Below the pieces are notes generated by a model. It was given only the letters and a program-made list of their open reading frames with translations. It ran no database searches and was not told the origin of the DNA. Both the position numbers and the translations under genes were made by a program. Positions 47,081 to 61,033 of a stretch of 64,000 bases of DNA are shown here, one piece after another. The stretch spans positions 46,733,416 to 46,797,415 of the forward strand of contig JARDVH010000121.1 of NCBI GenBank assembly GCA_030324005.1, in the 5' to 3' direction. The DNA is from Negaprion brevirostris. Lineage: Eukaryota. Position 1 is the first letter of the stretch. Each line of letters opens with the position of its first letter.

Positions 47081-50000
47081 TGCCCACACAAAAAGGGCAC
47101 AAAAAAAAGCTCTGGGAGGCACAAGAGAGCAAAGGGTAAATAATGTCATATGCTGTTCTAAAAATCACAATATTGAAACCATGGCAGCAAATTGTATCTA
47201 TTGTTCTGTTCAGTTAATACCTAGATATGAGATTAGCATTATGCTGTGACTTCTGTCCTGCACTCCAGCTTTCTCTTTTTTTTTTAAGTTACACTACCAC
47301 TTCTTCCTTTTTCCACCTGAGGTAATAGTACTTAAAATACGAATACAAAAGCAAAACACTTCAGATGCTGGAAACCTGACACGAGATGAAAAAAATGCTG
47401 GAAAACGCCAATAATCAGGCAGCATCTGTGGAGAGAAACAGTCGACATTCATGTTGATGACCGTTTCAAAATATCAAACTGCACATGAATCGGATGAATT
47501 ATTTGTGAACTGTGTTTTTGAGGAAGTCAAGGTCCCCCATTATACAGTTTATATTTATCTTGTATTGTTTACAGTTTTCCAAGTCAATGGCCCAGGTTTT
47601 GCGATCGTGGAACTGAAGCTATCAACATTCAGCATTATTATGGTGGAAATCACATTTTTGGCATCCACACATGTACAATAAAACATGGAAACCCGAATAC
47701 CCTGATTCTCACCAGAATTTCCTCCCCCAAGTCGCCGTTCTCTCCGACAGTGAGCACGGACTGATTATCACCCGAAACATATTTTTCTAAAAGTCAGCTG
47801 AGAGAAAATAGGAGACGTGCCTCAAACTTTTTTTTAAATATAGCGTATAGAGATGTGCTGTGACATACAAAATGTTGGGAACCACTACTCTATTCAACCA
47901 AAGCAGCTCTGATTTGGAACCCATGAAATCTTCCACGATTAAAACAGCTAATGCCAGAAAATATGTCAATACCATTTCTCAATGACATCTGTAAAAGCCA
48001 ATCGGAATCACCAAGATTGGTCAACAGCAGGGCTAAAGGGACGTAGAAAAAAAAGAGATCGAGTGGAAGCTGAATAACCAGGTATTATTTTCTGCTCCTT
48101 TTGATGGCATGAAAACCTCCGTTGGAAAGGCTTTAAAGGTGTAGATTTGAGCATCCCAGTTAATCACGCAATCCACAAGACTAAGTTACAAGTTTGGGTA
48201 AAAACAGTGTTTTCTAACCTTCAAAAAGGTGATGGAGAGAGGGTCAACTAGAAGTGCATGNNNNNNNNNNNNNNNNNNNNNNNNNNNNNNNNNNNNNNNN
48301 NNNNNNNNNNNNNNNNNNNNNNNNNNNNNNNNNNNNNNNNNNNNNNNNNNNNNNNNNNNNNNNNNNNNNNNNNNNNNNNNNNNNNNNNNNNNNNNNNNNN
48401 NNNNNNNNNNNNNNNNNNNNNNNNNNNNNNNNNNNNNNNNNNNNNNNNNNNNNNNNNNNNNNNNNNNNNNNNNNNNNNNNNNNNNNNNNNNNNNNNNNNN
48501 NNNNNNNNNNNNNNNNNNNNNNNNNNNNNNNNNNNNNNNNNNNNNNNNNNNNNNNNNNNNNNNNNNNNNNNNNNNNNNNNNNNNNNNNNNNNNNNNNNNN
48601 NNNNNNNNNNNNNNNNNNNNNNNNNNNNNNNNNNNNNNNNNNNNNNNNNNNNNNNNNNNNNNNNNNNNNNNNNNNNNNNNNNNNNNNNNNNNNNNNNNNN
48701 NNNNNNNNNNNNNNNNNNNNACGAATCCTAGGACCAAGAGAGCGATGTAAACTAGAAATTGCTGTTGACAAAAAGACTGGTCAAGCTTCTAATGAATTGT
48801 GAGACATTGGTTTTAATGGGCTTATTTCTAAGAAAGGTTCAGTGACTCCACTAAAATAAGAGGAATGTCATGCAAGTATTCATTATTCAAATCACAAACA
48901 GCAATTTAAAGCCTTCTGTTCCATGATTTTAAAAGTGAAACATTTAAGATGCATAACTCTGTAGCGAGGAAAGGAAAGATTCCCATTCCAAGTCTGTGCT
49001 TTGACAATACTGGTTCACCCGTATACCAACCAAAATCTTCTAAAGTATAAAATCTGTTTGATTAGCACACTCAATTTAGATAACCTCCCACCCGTTTCTG
49101 GACTGCCATAGGCTCCACAAGAGGGACACATGCAACAGTGAAATCATCTTGTATTGGAACTGGAGCAGGAACTAATGGAATTATTGTAGATGCATGTGGC
49201 AGGATTCATTCACAATTTATCTGGAATTAGAATTGCAGTGAAATAGATACATTTATTTTCATCCTTAAATTTCTATCATTTTCCCAGGGGATTTTTTTCC
49301 TTATTTAGACAGAATGGCAGTAATCATCTAACTTTAGGAAATGCAACAAATCAAGTGTAAAATTCAAATCGGTGAGCTGGAACATTCTCACAAATCTTGC
49401 TGGAAACCGAATCTCCTGCATTCACCCACTCACATCCTCTGCATTAATCTCCAACTTCATCACATCTGCAAACTGCACTTCTGGGTATTTTAAACTTTGC
49501 CTCCATAAACTATAGATGTTGACCTGAACTTAAATCATTCAAAATCCTTCCTATATTATCCATATGAAATCTATAAACGATAAGGAAATGGCGCTTTGAT
49601 ATCCAAGTGTTGTGGGACTCAAAAGCCACGAAATGCCACCACAGATGCCATATAAATGTCAAAGCAGGCAGCGGCGGCAATCAGAGCAAAAATATTCACC
49701 AAATTCAATGAGAATGTTATGCGCTGTGCACAAAATTAGCGAATACATAACAGCAACTAGATCATAACTCCTTAAAGATTAGTAGCTCAGAAAAGTAAAT
49801 GTAAAAATGAGGACCGGTCCTTCCACTGTTTAATTTCACTTCAACTTAAGTTCATCAAGGCAAATGGAAAACAAGAAAAAAAACACACATCAGGAGAAAA
49901 CATGTGGGCACCTTTGGTTCTCTTAAAAACAAAGATGGTATCAGGTTAAAATTGAATGGTATATATTATCTCCCCCATTGTTCTGTTGAATTAACAAAGA

Positions 50001-52554
50001 CTCATCAAGAAATGCTCCCTGGTAAGAACTGGTAAAGCTCAACCTTGCTAGGGAAGGAAAAAAAAGGACAAATTTATGAAGTACCCTATCATGTACTCAG
50101 AATGCCACTAACTGTTTCACAACCAATTAATTATTTTTATAGTGTAGTGGCTATTGTTATTCAGATACGTGTGACCAGTGGAACAACTAACTCCCTGCTC
50201 TTTAAATACTCTCATTGGATCTTTTACAGACATTGGCATCAGTTTAACATCCCATCCAGAAGACAGCTAGCCCAATGATGTAACTTTACACTGGTTCTGC
50301 ATTGTAGCATCAGCCAAGGTGAACCAAATGGTATTGTCTTTGTTCTATCATTTTCTTAAACATTGCTCAAATATTCAAGGCTTAATCCCACAACCTTCTA
50401 GCTTGGAGGCATTGACATTTGACTAGGAAAGAAAACTTAATTTCTTGGGTTGTTTTGAGGTAAAAACAAAACCCAATATTACATTACACCGGTTCAGTTT
50501 TAAATTGAAAGCCATCATGTCAATTTTCATTCATGTTGTTTCAGACTAATCTGTCCGGAAAGATCATTGTATTGTCCTAAATTTCTACCCTCCCAATTTT
50601 AAGATCACTTTTACTTTTTGTCTTTTGACCTAAGCATTGGTATCAAAGTGCAGTCATGGGGGCTGCAAGTTTTCTCAAACTCATTTCTAAAGCACACTCT
50701 GAGCCTCCACTTCGTTTTCTTTTTAAAGATCTTCCTAAAATCTTTGCAACCATCCCTTTAGTTATCTTACTCACTCCATCCACAATTGTGCCCATGTCCC
50801 TGTCAATATAAACTAGCACAGGACTCCTTTTTGCATTACATCCATGGTATGCATCCATTCACGTTATTGCAACTAGTATACTGATTGCTGACAATTTTCA
50901 ATAGGAATGTCATACATTTTGCCTTTCTCTTTAGTAATTTCAGGCATTTTAAAGATTTCAATGCTGGTTGCAATACAGATTTATCAAAAGTATATTTTTG
51001 GACAGCAGACTCTCTAAACAGTAACATCTGCTCTGGGCTTCTCTTTTGGTTACAGTCACATAACCAGCTACTTCTGTCTTGCACAATAATCACTTTCGTC
51101 ATTTAATTCCTGTTGTCCACCCTTTCACACAACATCCCTTTCATTTCCTTCCCTGGCTCTGGTGTATTCCTGGGTGTTGTTACTTGCTCATAAACTTAAA
51201 CCAAACTTCTTCCAGTTGTGCTGAAAGGCTATTGACCGGAAATGTCCCTGTTCCACTCTCTGCTGCAGATGCCTAAGACTTTCGGCATTTGGAGTATTTT
51301 GCCACAGAAACTATATTGGGCACACAAATAAAAAAGTGCAGAAAATATATCATTCAGCAGAAGTATTGTACTAGTAAATCAGAACGTACATACAGATTGT
51401 GGTCTTTTGCCCAGTAAACGGTCAGAGTACAGATGGCTTTGTGATGTCCCTAGCTTCCATGGGCTAGTTTGAAAAATTGACTGTAATCTATGTGGAGCCA
51501 GCCTCCAATCTTCCACCCATCCTTTCCTTTTTCCCAGTATCCTTACCCTTTCCCTTGCGCAATTTCTATCTACTACTTAGCTCACTGTCCCCACTATCTG
51601 GTCCCTCTTCCCTGAACATCTCTTTCCGCCAGAACCTACTCCTCCCTCTTGCACATTTGATTCAATTTGAAGTGACTCTCAAGGGAGAGTTCCCACCAGA
51701 GATCGATAACATATCACAAACAGTAAGTGTCCAAAAATTCTAATGGTATATTGCCTGGGGGGAGCATTCTCAGGGGTCAAGTTACATGACACCAGAAGTA
51801 CAATGAGACGAAACAAACATTGTGCCTGTCCCAGAGTACAGGTATTGAAATCTGTCAATATGAATTTCACCAACCCACTAGTTCCCCTTTTCTATTGTTA
51901 CCTTGATATTTTCAGAAATGAACTGAAGTTTCTGCATGGAATCATGCGATATTCTGAGGGAAATGTGCGCCCTCCAGTAATGAGGAGAAAGTTGAAGATC
52001 ACATTTAGAAGTCAATCCAGTCACAGTTCCCACAGGAACACAAGTAGGACATTCAACTCTTCAAGCCTGTTCCACCAATTAGATTAGGCCAGATCACCCA
52101 TGACGAGATTGACTGAAAAGCATAAATGAAGGCTGAAAGCCTCAATAAGTCACTTCAGGATAGAAATCAGGTTCAACAGCAATCTGAAGAGTAAACTGAA
52201 AGCATGTTTCAGACTACAAAGTGATCAATTTTTTTCCCCCCAATCCGTCTTATTGTAAAGTGCTGTCACTTCCTTCCATAACTGTTCCTCAATCTCTGCA
52301 GTGGGAGTTCCAGTGTTGATGTAAGATTGTCTGGTTGACAGGGCAGTTGCTTAACTCCTCTCACTCACTGCAAGCTAACGTCAGGACGAATAATGATTCG
52401 TCTTCCTCCGCAGTTGAGGCTGCTAAGCCAACTTCACCGCAGTAGCTCCTTCAGATAATGTTGTTGATGTGACTACCCATTAGCCCCTACCTCCTTTCCC
52501 TGTACCCTCTTCCCGCCCCAGCCCAGTGACTGCCTCAAAGGTGTGCAGGGGAGG

Positions 52555-52748
52555 TGGAGTGGCCACGCTAAATTGCCCCTTAATGTCCAAAGATGTGCAG
52601 GTTAGGTGGGTCATGCATGATAAACATATGGAGTTATTAGGATAAGGAGGGGGTTGCTGGATAGGATGCTCTTTCTGGGAGCTGCTGTATACTTAATGGG
52701 CTGGATGGCCTCCTTCTGCATTGTAGGGATTGCATGGATTCTATGGTT
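52555..52748 (+). mobile_element. HE1-like SINE, 3' half
   Basis: TGGCCACGCTAAATTGCCCCTT..TCCAAAGATGTGCAGGTTAGG...TGGCCTCCTTCTGCATTGTAGGGATT. Confidence 0.8.
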
Positions 52749-54584
52749 CTCTGACACCTGCCCTCTAACAATACTTGACCTTAAAAAAAATCAAACTGGT
52801 CTTCACTACTTAAGACGTTGTGTCACGGGAAATGGACTTACACATGCTAAAAAGGCAGTTCAGCGGTTAGGAAATAAATCTGTTAGATAAAACTACAAGA
52901 CAAGATGCAAAAAGACACAAAATACTCAGTAACCCTTAACGATGTTGCACACTTTTGTAACTGTTAGCTTGGTTCATTTGATAATACTTCNNNNNNNNNN
53001 NNNNNNNNNNNNNNNNNNNNNNNNNNNNNNNNNNNNNNNNNNNNNNNNNNNNNNNNNNNNNNNNNNNNNNNNNNNNNNNNNNNNNNNNNNAATACTTCTG
53101 AATGAGTCAGGAAGTTGTGTGGTCATGCCTTGCAATGTGTTTGAGCATACAATAGCCCTTGATACACCTATGCATTACTGAAGGACTGCAGTCCTACTAG
53201 GTGCACGGCTTTTCAATAGAAACACTGCTCAGATAGATACAAAAAGTCGAATGGTACAATTTGAAGGGCATACATATATGCCATATTGACTGATATCTCC
53301 TCTTCCACCAAAAGGAAACAAAGATTATCTGGGCACTCATCTATTGGATAATATAGAAATGAGTTACGTTTGCCTATAGAGCAATACAGTTCAAGAGCAA
53401 TCTATTGCTGTGAAGCCAGAGAAGACACTCTGAACACAGAGCTACAGAAAAGCATTTTCTTTCTTTTGGCTAATAGGTCACAATAATTAATCTCTTAATA
53501 TTTCAGAAAGCTTTTCCTTTCTATTACTAACATAGAGATAGGAAAATTCAACCATCTTAGCACCATTATATCCTACGTTCACTCTAACACCAGCATCTAT
53601 ATTTGGCAGCAAAGCTGTAACGTTTCACATGCTGCAGTAAGTTCTGCTTTTATGTTTGCAATACTATCACAGTCCTTGATTGAAATTGAAAAAAAAAGTT
53701 GTTGGATAACCCAATATCGTGACCACAGTTTCTTGAATAAAAACTTCTGGTCGTGACTCAGTCCAGAAGCACAGCTTACCCAGTTGTTTAATAGTTGCTG
53801 GAGCAACTGACCACACATCTACCACGTCTCATTCAAAGCACTCCAGAACATCCACCTCACCATTCGCTACACTAACTCCGCCACTAACACTGGAAGAGGA
53901 ACTACAACTCCTAATATGGTCCAAGCAGCTTTTGTTCACTGAAGCAGAAAGTTATCTTTTTCCTGCTTAAGAACTTCTATTTCCTCAGCTGGATTTTGTT
54001 ACTGTTGGTCTGTAGCATCTTTTAACATTATTACCATAGCAATGTTGATTCTAGGAGCTTCTTTCTTCCCCACTGCTCCTGAAGCATGGACAGTGATAGC
54101 AAATGTTAAAATGGAGTTAACTGCAGCTCATGAAATGGTTCCACAATGAAACAGATTCTGGAACTTGGGCAAGTGCAGAATATGACAGCACATCAAAGAC
54201 TAAGCTTCAGAGCAAGCCAATACTTAAAACACTATGAGAATAATCGCAAAATATATCACTTCTTCAGGACCATGGTGCTGCAGCAAAACTGTACACTTTG
54301 CAAACCAGTAAACCTCAAATTAATTTTGACAATGGCAAATTTGAAAACAAGTGCAACACAATTTTGCTTCGAAGAACCGTTTAAGGAAGAACTGTACATT
54401 CCTATCCTGGAAGAACAGGTGTTAAATAACATTTGGAAACTGCTCCTGCTGGAAAATATTGCCATTGGATACGATTGGGTCACTTTATCAATTATCAGTG
54501 AAATTAACGGAGGAATATTTAACATAATCAATCATCGGACACTTACGTGTCTTGTGTCATATTTGAAATCAGTTAGTGTTTCTG

Positions 54585-54796
54585 CTGAAACGGTGGATAG
54601 AAGATAATCATGTGCATATTGACAACAGCAACCCTTAGGTTGACATTGCCACCACTGAAACGGTGGATAGAAGATAATCATGTGGATATTGACAACAGCA
54701 ACCCTTAGGCTGACATTGCTACCACTGAAACGGTGGATAGAAGATAATCATGTGGATATTGACAACAGCAATCCTTAGGCTGACATTGCCACCACT
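54585..54796. repeat. Tandem repeat, 70-bp unit x3
   Basis: CTGAAACGGTGGATAGAAGATAATCATGTG.ATATTGACAACAGCAA.CCTTAGG.TGACATTGC.ACCA starts at 54585, 54655 and 54725. The copies differ at about 4 positions. Confidence 0.95.
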
Positions 54797-56211
54797 CTTT
54801 CTATATTGTGTTCAGCTTTCACTAAAAGTACATTGAAAACAAAGAGACAGAAAGAAGATCACTAAATTCAGCTCACTCATCTGAGATCAAAATAACGTTG
54901 AGATCATTATTATAAAATTCCTTCCTCCCAAACCCATCTTTTTCCTACTCTCTGAATCAGGAATTTGTCAATTTATTTTTTGACTGTTCCAATCACATTT
55001 CGTTCCAGCCTCACTCAGCCCAATCTGCTATTTTAACAACTTGCACCGCCTTCAGTTGCCTCCCCAATCTACTTTTATTTCCCTCTTCAAAGCTGTTTAT
55101 TCACTTTTTCTCCTCATTAAAGTTTGATGCGCCAACCTACTGTCATACAGATACTTAATGTGCTTATGTCTGTAAAGAATTCCCATCAGCCTCAAGTTGT
55201 CTGCTTTTAAATGCCACAGCATCAGGGCCAAATGGATTATAGTACTCCAGCTTTGATGACTTCGATCTTCCTTCCACTTTCCAACTGATCATCTCTTTCA
55301 CAAGTCATAGAGATTGCAGAACCAACAGAGCCCATTCAGCCTGTCATGTCAATGTTAGGTCTTCTTCTCTAGCTACCTAATCCGTTAGATAAATTAAAGT
55401 GGGAGCTTTTGAATGGATTTTTTGCTCAGAGTATTCAATGTGAATTCTTTACAACAGTAGATTTTATTAGTCAGAACTTGCAAGTAGACCTTTGCAAATG
55501 AAATGGCACTGTGACCTCCACATTGCTATGAATGGATCTGGTAATATTGGCAAGTTGTGTGTTATGTATGAATCGTCTTTGTTATTTTGGTAACAATTTA
55601 CCCAAAGGCAACTCTCCACATCAGACTCTCAATGGACAGATGGCGAGAAACTCAAATTTCTACGTGATCATTTCCACAAGTTAACCTTTCCCTCAGTCCA
55701 GAAAAAAAGATCACCAATGGGGTTAGATGAGCAGGCCAAAGCACGCAGGAAGCAATGATATAATTGAAATCAAGGCCTCTTAGGCAACAGCAGCACTTCC
55801 TGTCAGCAGTCTAAAATTCCTCCAAAGCTTTAAGGAACTGATTTTAAACAGGAACATCAATGAGGAACAAAGAGCTTCCAGTTTGAAGTAACGTGAAACT
55901 GAACAAAATTCTCAGGCCAAAGCTACAAACAAAAGTGGCTCATCCCAACAATGCTGTTGGGAAGTAGCCTCGGTTCTGTTGAAACATCAGATCAACACAC
56001 GCCACAGATTCTTCACCAGGTGAATCTCTTCCCTGGTACAACACTGCTCGAGAAATCCAAGTGCCTATTGATATCCAAGTTCGACTGCTGCTCTTAAAGT
56101 GGAATTACTCCCCTAGAATCTTGTACATACAAGTGTAGAAATCCCCAAAAAATTGTAACGTTTTCCTCTCAGCACCAATTTGTGCAGGAATATTATCACC
56201 AGGGAATTAAG

Positions 56212-56490
56212 GGGGTAGCATGGTGGCACAGCTGCCTCACAGCACCAAGGACCTGGGTTCAATTCCTGGCTTGGATCATTGTGCAAATTCCACACAGACA
56301 TTCTCCATGTCTGTGTGGGTTTCCTCCCACAGTCCAAAGATGTGTTGGTTAAGTGCGTTGGTCATGCTAAATTCTCCCCCAGTGTATCCAAACAGGCACT
56401 GGAGTGTGGCAACGAGGGGATTCTCATGGTAACTTAATTGCAGTGTGATTGTAAGCCTATTTGTGACACTAATAAATAAACTTTAACTTT
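56212..56490 (+). mobile_element. HE1-like V-SINE, tail type A
   Basis: Same head, core and tail (AACTTAATTGCAGTGTGATTGTAAGCCTATTTGTGACACTAATAAATAAACTT) as the copy at 640-920. Confidence 0.85.
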
Positions 56491-57479
56491 AACATGCAAT
56501 GCCAATCCAGTAAGTTTGCATGACTTTACAGGGAGTATTTATAATGTTGGAGTTCCACATTTGCTGAATTTACCAAATCTAACTTGCAATAAGGAGTACA
56601 AAGAGGACCCAATATCTGCACAATATAGATAAAACAACACAGCCTCAGTTTGGTAGCTGGCCACAGGACCAGAGTGTGTTGCCAGAAGTTGTTCAATTGC
56701 CTGATTTGGGTGTTTAAATGCATCTTCAAATACAATCTCTTAAACACAGTACCAGCAATCTCACATACAACTCAATGCATCATACCCACAGTACTGATCA
56801 ATCCACAATTAGGGCTGATGTCCAACACCCAAATTCTTCATTTCGCTCCTCACACACTTACTCATGCTGCCAGTCTCACACTGATGTCTCATAATCTCTA
56901 CATACTTGCAACTAATTCAGTTTAGAGATACAATGCTCAAATATGTTGCAACACATTCACTGATGCTCTCCCTTGTGGGACATGGTCACATATAACAAAA
57001 CAGAGCAGCTGAGATAAGTGGGAGACAGGCATGTCCACATTTCCTGAACCCTTTGCAGGAAACACAGCTTTGATTCAGTGTGTCAGCAGTAATGGAGGCT
57101 GTTACACTGACATCACCGAGAACACCCAGGAAGACTTATTCACCTGCTGAAACCCAAATTTAACCTCATCCTGCTACCTGGCCTGAAGTGCGGGCGACAG
57201 ATGATGTGCTTTGCACCTAAAACTGGTCCCTTATGCATTTATGTTTCCAGATATCAAAGGCCTGGCCAATCAGCACAGCCTCACTATGAAGAATGCAAGA
57301 ACACCTGATGAAATGGCACCAAAGGCTGTCCCTCAATTGTGGATGACATCTACACAAGGTCACAAATTTATGCCATGGGTCTTCATGTGGCTGAACAGGC
57401 CAACTCTCAACCAACAGAAGTGCAGGATTTGCTTCCTCTTCTATCCTTCTTGGCTGTGGTGTCTCACCATTAAGAGGCT

Positions 57480-59560
57480 GGAACACAAAACATGATGCAG
57501 CTTGGACAGATTGGCAACAACTCCTTCCATTAGTCTCAATGCCGCCACTCTTCAAGGAAAGCTTCAAAGAGTCTTTGAAGAGTTTTTTGTCCTCCTAGGC
57601 GCGTTGTCCATTTGAGTCGAGGAAAGCAGGTGGGGGAGATGCTTTTCAACCATCAGGCTACAGCATCCCACGCATTAAAACTGATTTTCGTCTGTCTGCT
57701 TGTGGGTCAGACAGTCTTCCCACTGAACCAAGAAACATGGCAGAGACAGTGCTGGTGGAATTAGTGTTTTTAAGTGTGAGTCACACGCCTCTCTGGCATG
57801 GAACTATAACTGCCTTTCTTTCACTGTTGCTGGGTCGACATCCTGGAACATCCTCCTTAATGGCTCCGTGGGTATACTGACACCACATGACTGCTTCAAG
57901 CAGGCAGCTTACCATCAGCACCATCTTCTCAGGAAGATTAGAGATGGGCAACAAATGCTGTCCAGGCCAGTGATGCCCACATCCCACAAGGGGACAAATA
58001 ATACTTAGTACAGGTCTCACAGGAATGTGGTGACAACAACTGCTTTACACCTTAGAATTCTTTTTGACTCTTGTCTTTGTGGTTAAAGCAACAAACATTC
58101 ACTGCCATAATCTGTAGAAGACTGAGCTGGCGCAGCTATCCTGGGTTGGATCCCATTAATGGTAGCCTTTTAAGAAAGATTTCTACCAAAGGATGTGAAG
58201 TGCTCAATATATTCGGGTGTCTCTCCTTCAACAGAGAGTGACTGGCCAGGGATGGGTTGATATACAAGTTTTGCTTTGGGAACAATCAAGAACAGGCCCA
58301 GTTTCTTGTATGCAGAATGGAAAAGATGAATAGTGGCTTGCAAATCTGGTGCAGAGTGGACAACGACATTGCAGTCATCCACAAAGTGTGGTTGTGTGTC
58401 TTGATGGTGGTCAGTTTAGTTTTAGCACAGGAGGTAACTGCGGTTAAAGAGTTTTCCAGCTAGGTGGTGTTTAATATTGAGAGCAGAGGGTAGTTATTCT
58501 TTGATGAACTGAATCGACGTTGTCAAGCAGATTGCAAATACTATGATATGGAGATACCAGTGTTGGACAGGGATGGACACGGCAAGAAGTTTTAGAACAC
58601 CAGGTTAAAGCCCAACAGGTGTATTTGGAATCACGAGCTTTCAGATCGCTGCTCCTTAGACTTCCTCCTGTGCAATTATGGGGGTTTTCACAGCCTTACT
58701 TGACTCCATTCTGAATTTTAAAGGCATGAGTTGCAGATCTCCCAAGACACTTAGCAGCATATTATGAAGCAACGGCAGGGTTGTGTTCAAGTTTCCAGCC
58801 AATCCAAATTTTTGGTTTGCAATCCACAAACCCTCACTATTTATTAAGTCAAATACATTGGTCTGGACATTGAATAGAAAGAATAGTTCCTGCTGTTGGT
58901 GTTGACAATCTTCTTGGATTTGTCTCCAACAAAATACCAGCTTGAAGGTTCCTCTGGCAGGTTGATAACAACACTGTGCCCCCAGCCACAGAAAGTAAGA
59001 GAATCAAGAGCGTGTGTGTCCGGATTCTCCTAACTCTGGATAAGAGGGAACTACCTCAATAATAGATTCCACAACATGATTGATCTCCCTTCTTTCAGAT
59101 AGTTACAATGTCACATTCCAAAAGTTGGAAAGCGGGGTGTAGTCACAGGGGAGTTTTCTTTCAATATCCGGAGGATGAGTGCATGTCATCTTAATGTGAG
59201 CAAAAATCCCACCATTTCTGAAGAGCTCAGCCGGAATACCGAGGGATTCAGGCTTGGTTGTTTTTCATCTGACTGTGCTCCAAACCAAGGATTCTACCCC
59301 AGGGCTTTAGGAAATATCCTGGTGAGTATTTGCTGCCACTGTGGATTCATGGTTGAGTTGTCAAAATGTTCTTTCCAGCACTGACAGATGGCACAATCAT
59401 CCTTAAAGAGAAAAACACATTGTGATGACGAGGATTTTATTACTTTGACCTTGCAGCTTCAAAAACATTTTGCATGTCATGGTGGTCGGTATATTGTTGG
59501 ATCTTCCCACCACATGTCTTTTATCTTCAGGATTTGTCAGGAGGCGTCAGCCTTGAGCTG
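57480..59560 (-). mobile_element. Decayed RTE-clade LINE with nested insertions
   Basis: DDCNVVVHSAPDLQATIHLFHSAYKKLGL...KAKLVYQP...IEHFTSFGRNLS matches the RTE RT region after YADD. Interrupted at ~57780-57990 and ~58555-58656. Confidence 0.7.
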
Positions 59561-60833
59561 CTGGAATGCTGCCTTTGTAAGTTGTGGCATTGGGTTGTTC
59601 CGCCAGGAAATGAAGGCTTCCCATTTTCCACAGAGGGGAGGACAAAGGCAGGATTAACACTTGATGAGTCATTGAGCACGAATGGGATGCAGCCAGAGCT
59701 TAGCGAAAGGGACGGATGTGTGCCAGTTCGACAGAGGACAGATGAGCTTAACGGCCGTGGACTCAAGAAGATTGACTGGCATCCCAACCACCATTCCCTC
59801 AATCTGCAAAATCGACTGGAATAACTCACCCCAGCTCCCGCCAGCTAGAACGATAATGGCAACAGGCACATGCAGACACTGACACTTGCAATTACTTATC
59901 TGAATTGCGCACCATNNNNNNNNNNCTGTTCCCTCACTGTCATTGGGTACATTGAGATGGAATAACAGAATATGCTTACAATCAATAACTTTTCCTCTAC
60001 AAAGAGCAAGTGAAGGTTCTGTGTTTAAATTATGTAACAGTATCTCCCTTGCTCGTGCGAGTCATTCCTTGTCTGTAAATTTAACTGAAAAGACTGCTAT
60101 TCTCATTGTTCATGAAGTTCCAAGAGGTCCCATTGTCCTCACTGCACTTGAGTCAACTCACGCTTCCAAGTTATGGCATCAAAACTTTTGAGCTGAAGGG
60201 CCCATGAAAATCTTTAACACACACACACATTTTGCATCCAGTGCTACCCACTGTCTCACTCCCCTAAACACCATGACAAGTCTGCTGTCTTTGCCTGACT
60301 GCTGACTCTTTTAATCATAGTGTGCTACAAGGGCACAGTATAATGTCATTCTCATATATTCTGACACCTCCACTAAGTTTATTACTGCTTTCTTTATGAT
60401 CTATACTTTTCTAGCTCTGCAAATCTTAATATTCATAAATCAAAAATAAAACCACCCCCGCCTTGCATTAAAGTTGTCCTCCCACTTATTGTTTCTAAAT
60501 TTTTATCTTTTTTTCCCAAAGTAACTTGAAAAAAATTTCACTTCTGGTCAATAAATAGGCAAATAAAATTAATATTTATGCATACATACAGATATCTAAA
60601 GTTTTGAGATTTATCAATCATTTCTGGCATCATACTCATAAATATCAGTACCACACTTCAAAACTAAATCAACTGAGGATCTGGTGCAGACAGTCAACAT
60701 AAACATGCCCAAAGACAGCACAGCAAATAAATAGTGTGACTCTAAAGTATTCCATCATCCCGTTCTTACAGATCAGCAAATTCTCCTGCAGCAATGTTCT
60801 AGGAAATCCATGAATGCGCACTTGGCACATGGC

Positions 60834-61033
60834 ATCGACCATTTGGCCTTTTGGCTAAGATCGAATGTCAGAACAAGCCCAAGATGGAGTACAATGCCTC
60901 AACCTGCCAGCTTGGATCTTGTTTGTCTCTCTTGTGGGGACCATGAATTGGATTCAATTAGATTTTGAATTTGGTTTTTGGAGCAAGCAATGAATGGATC
61001 TAGGTCTGCACAACCCACTCTGAGCATTGGCTT
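60834..61033 (+). pseudogene. U2 snRNA-derived element (diverged U2 pseudogene/variant or U2-headed SINE)
   Basis: ATCGaccatttGGCCTTTTGGCTAAGATC matches the U2 5' end. Colinear downstream blocks resemble U2 internal segments: TGGTTTTTGGAGCA (Sm-site region) and CCACTCtgaGCATtGgC. The branch-point recognition sequence GTAGTA is absent. Confidence 0.7.

Noticed and set aside
17863-48802. Long ORFs made mostly of X (17.9k, 30.0k, 43.1k, 48.2k)
   Set aside because: Artefacts of translating N runs.
54585-54796. CRISPR-like appearance of regularly spaced repeats
   Set aside because: Whole 70-bp units repeat with no unique spacers, and the context is vertebrate. It is a minisatellite.
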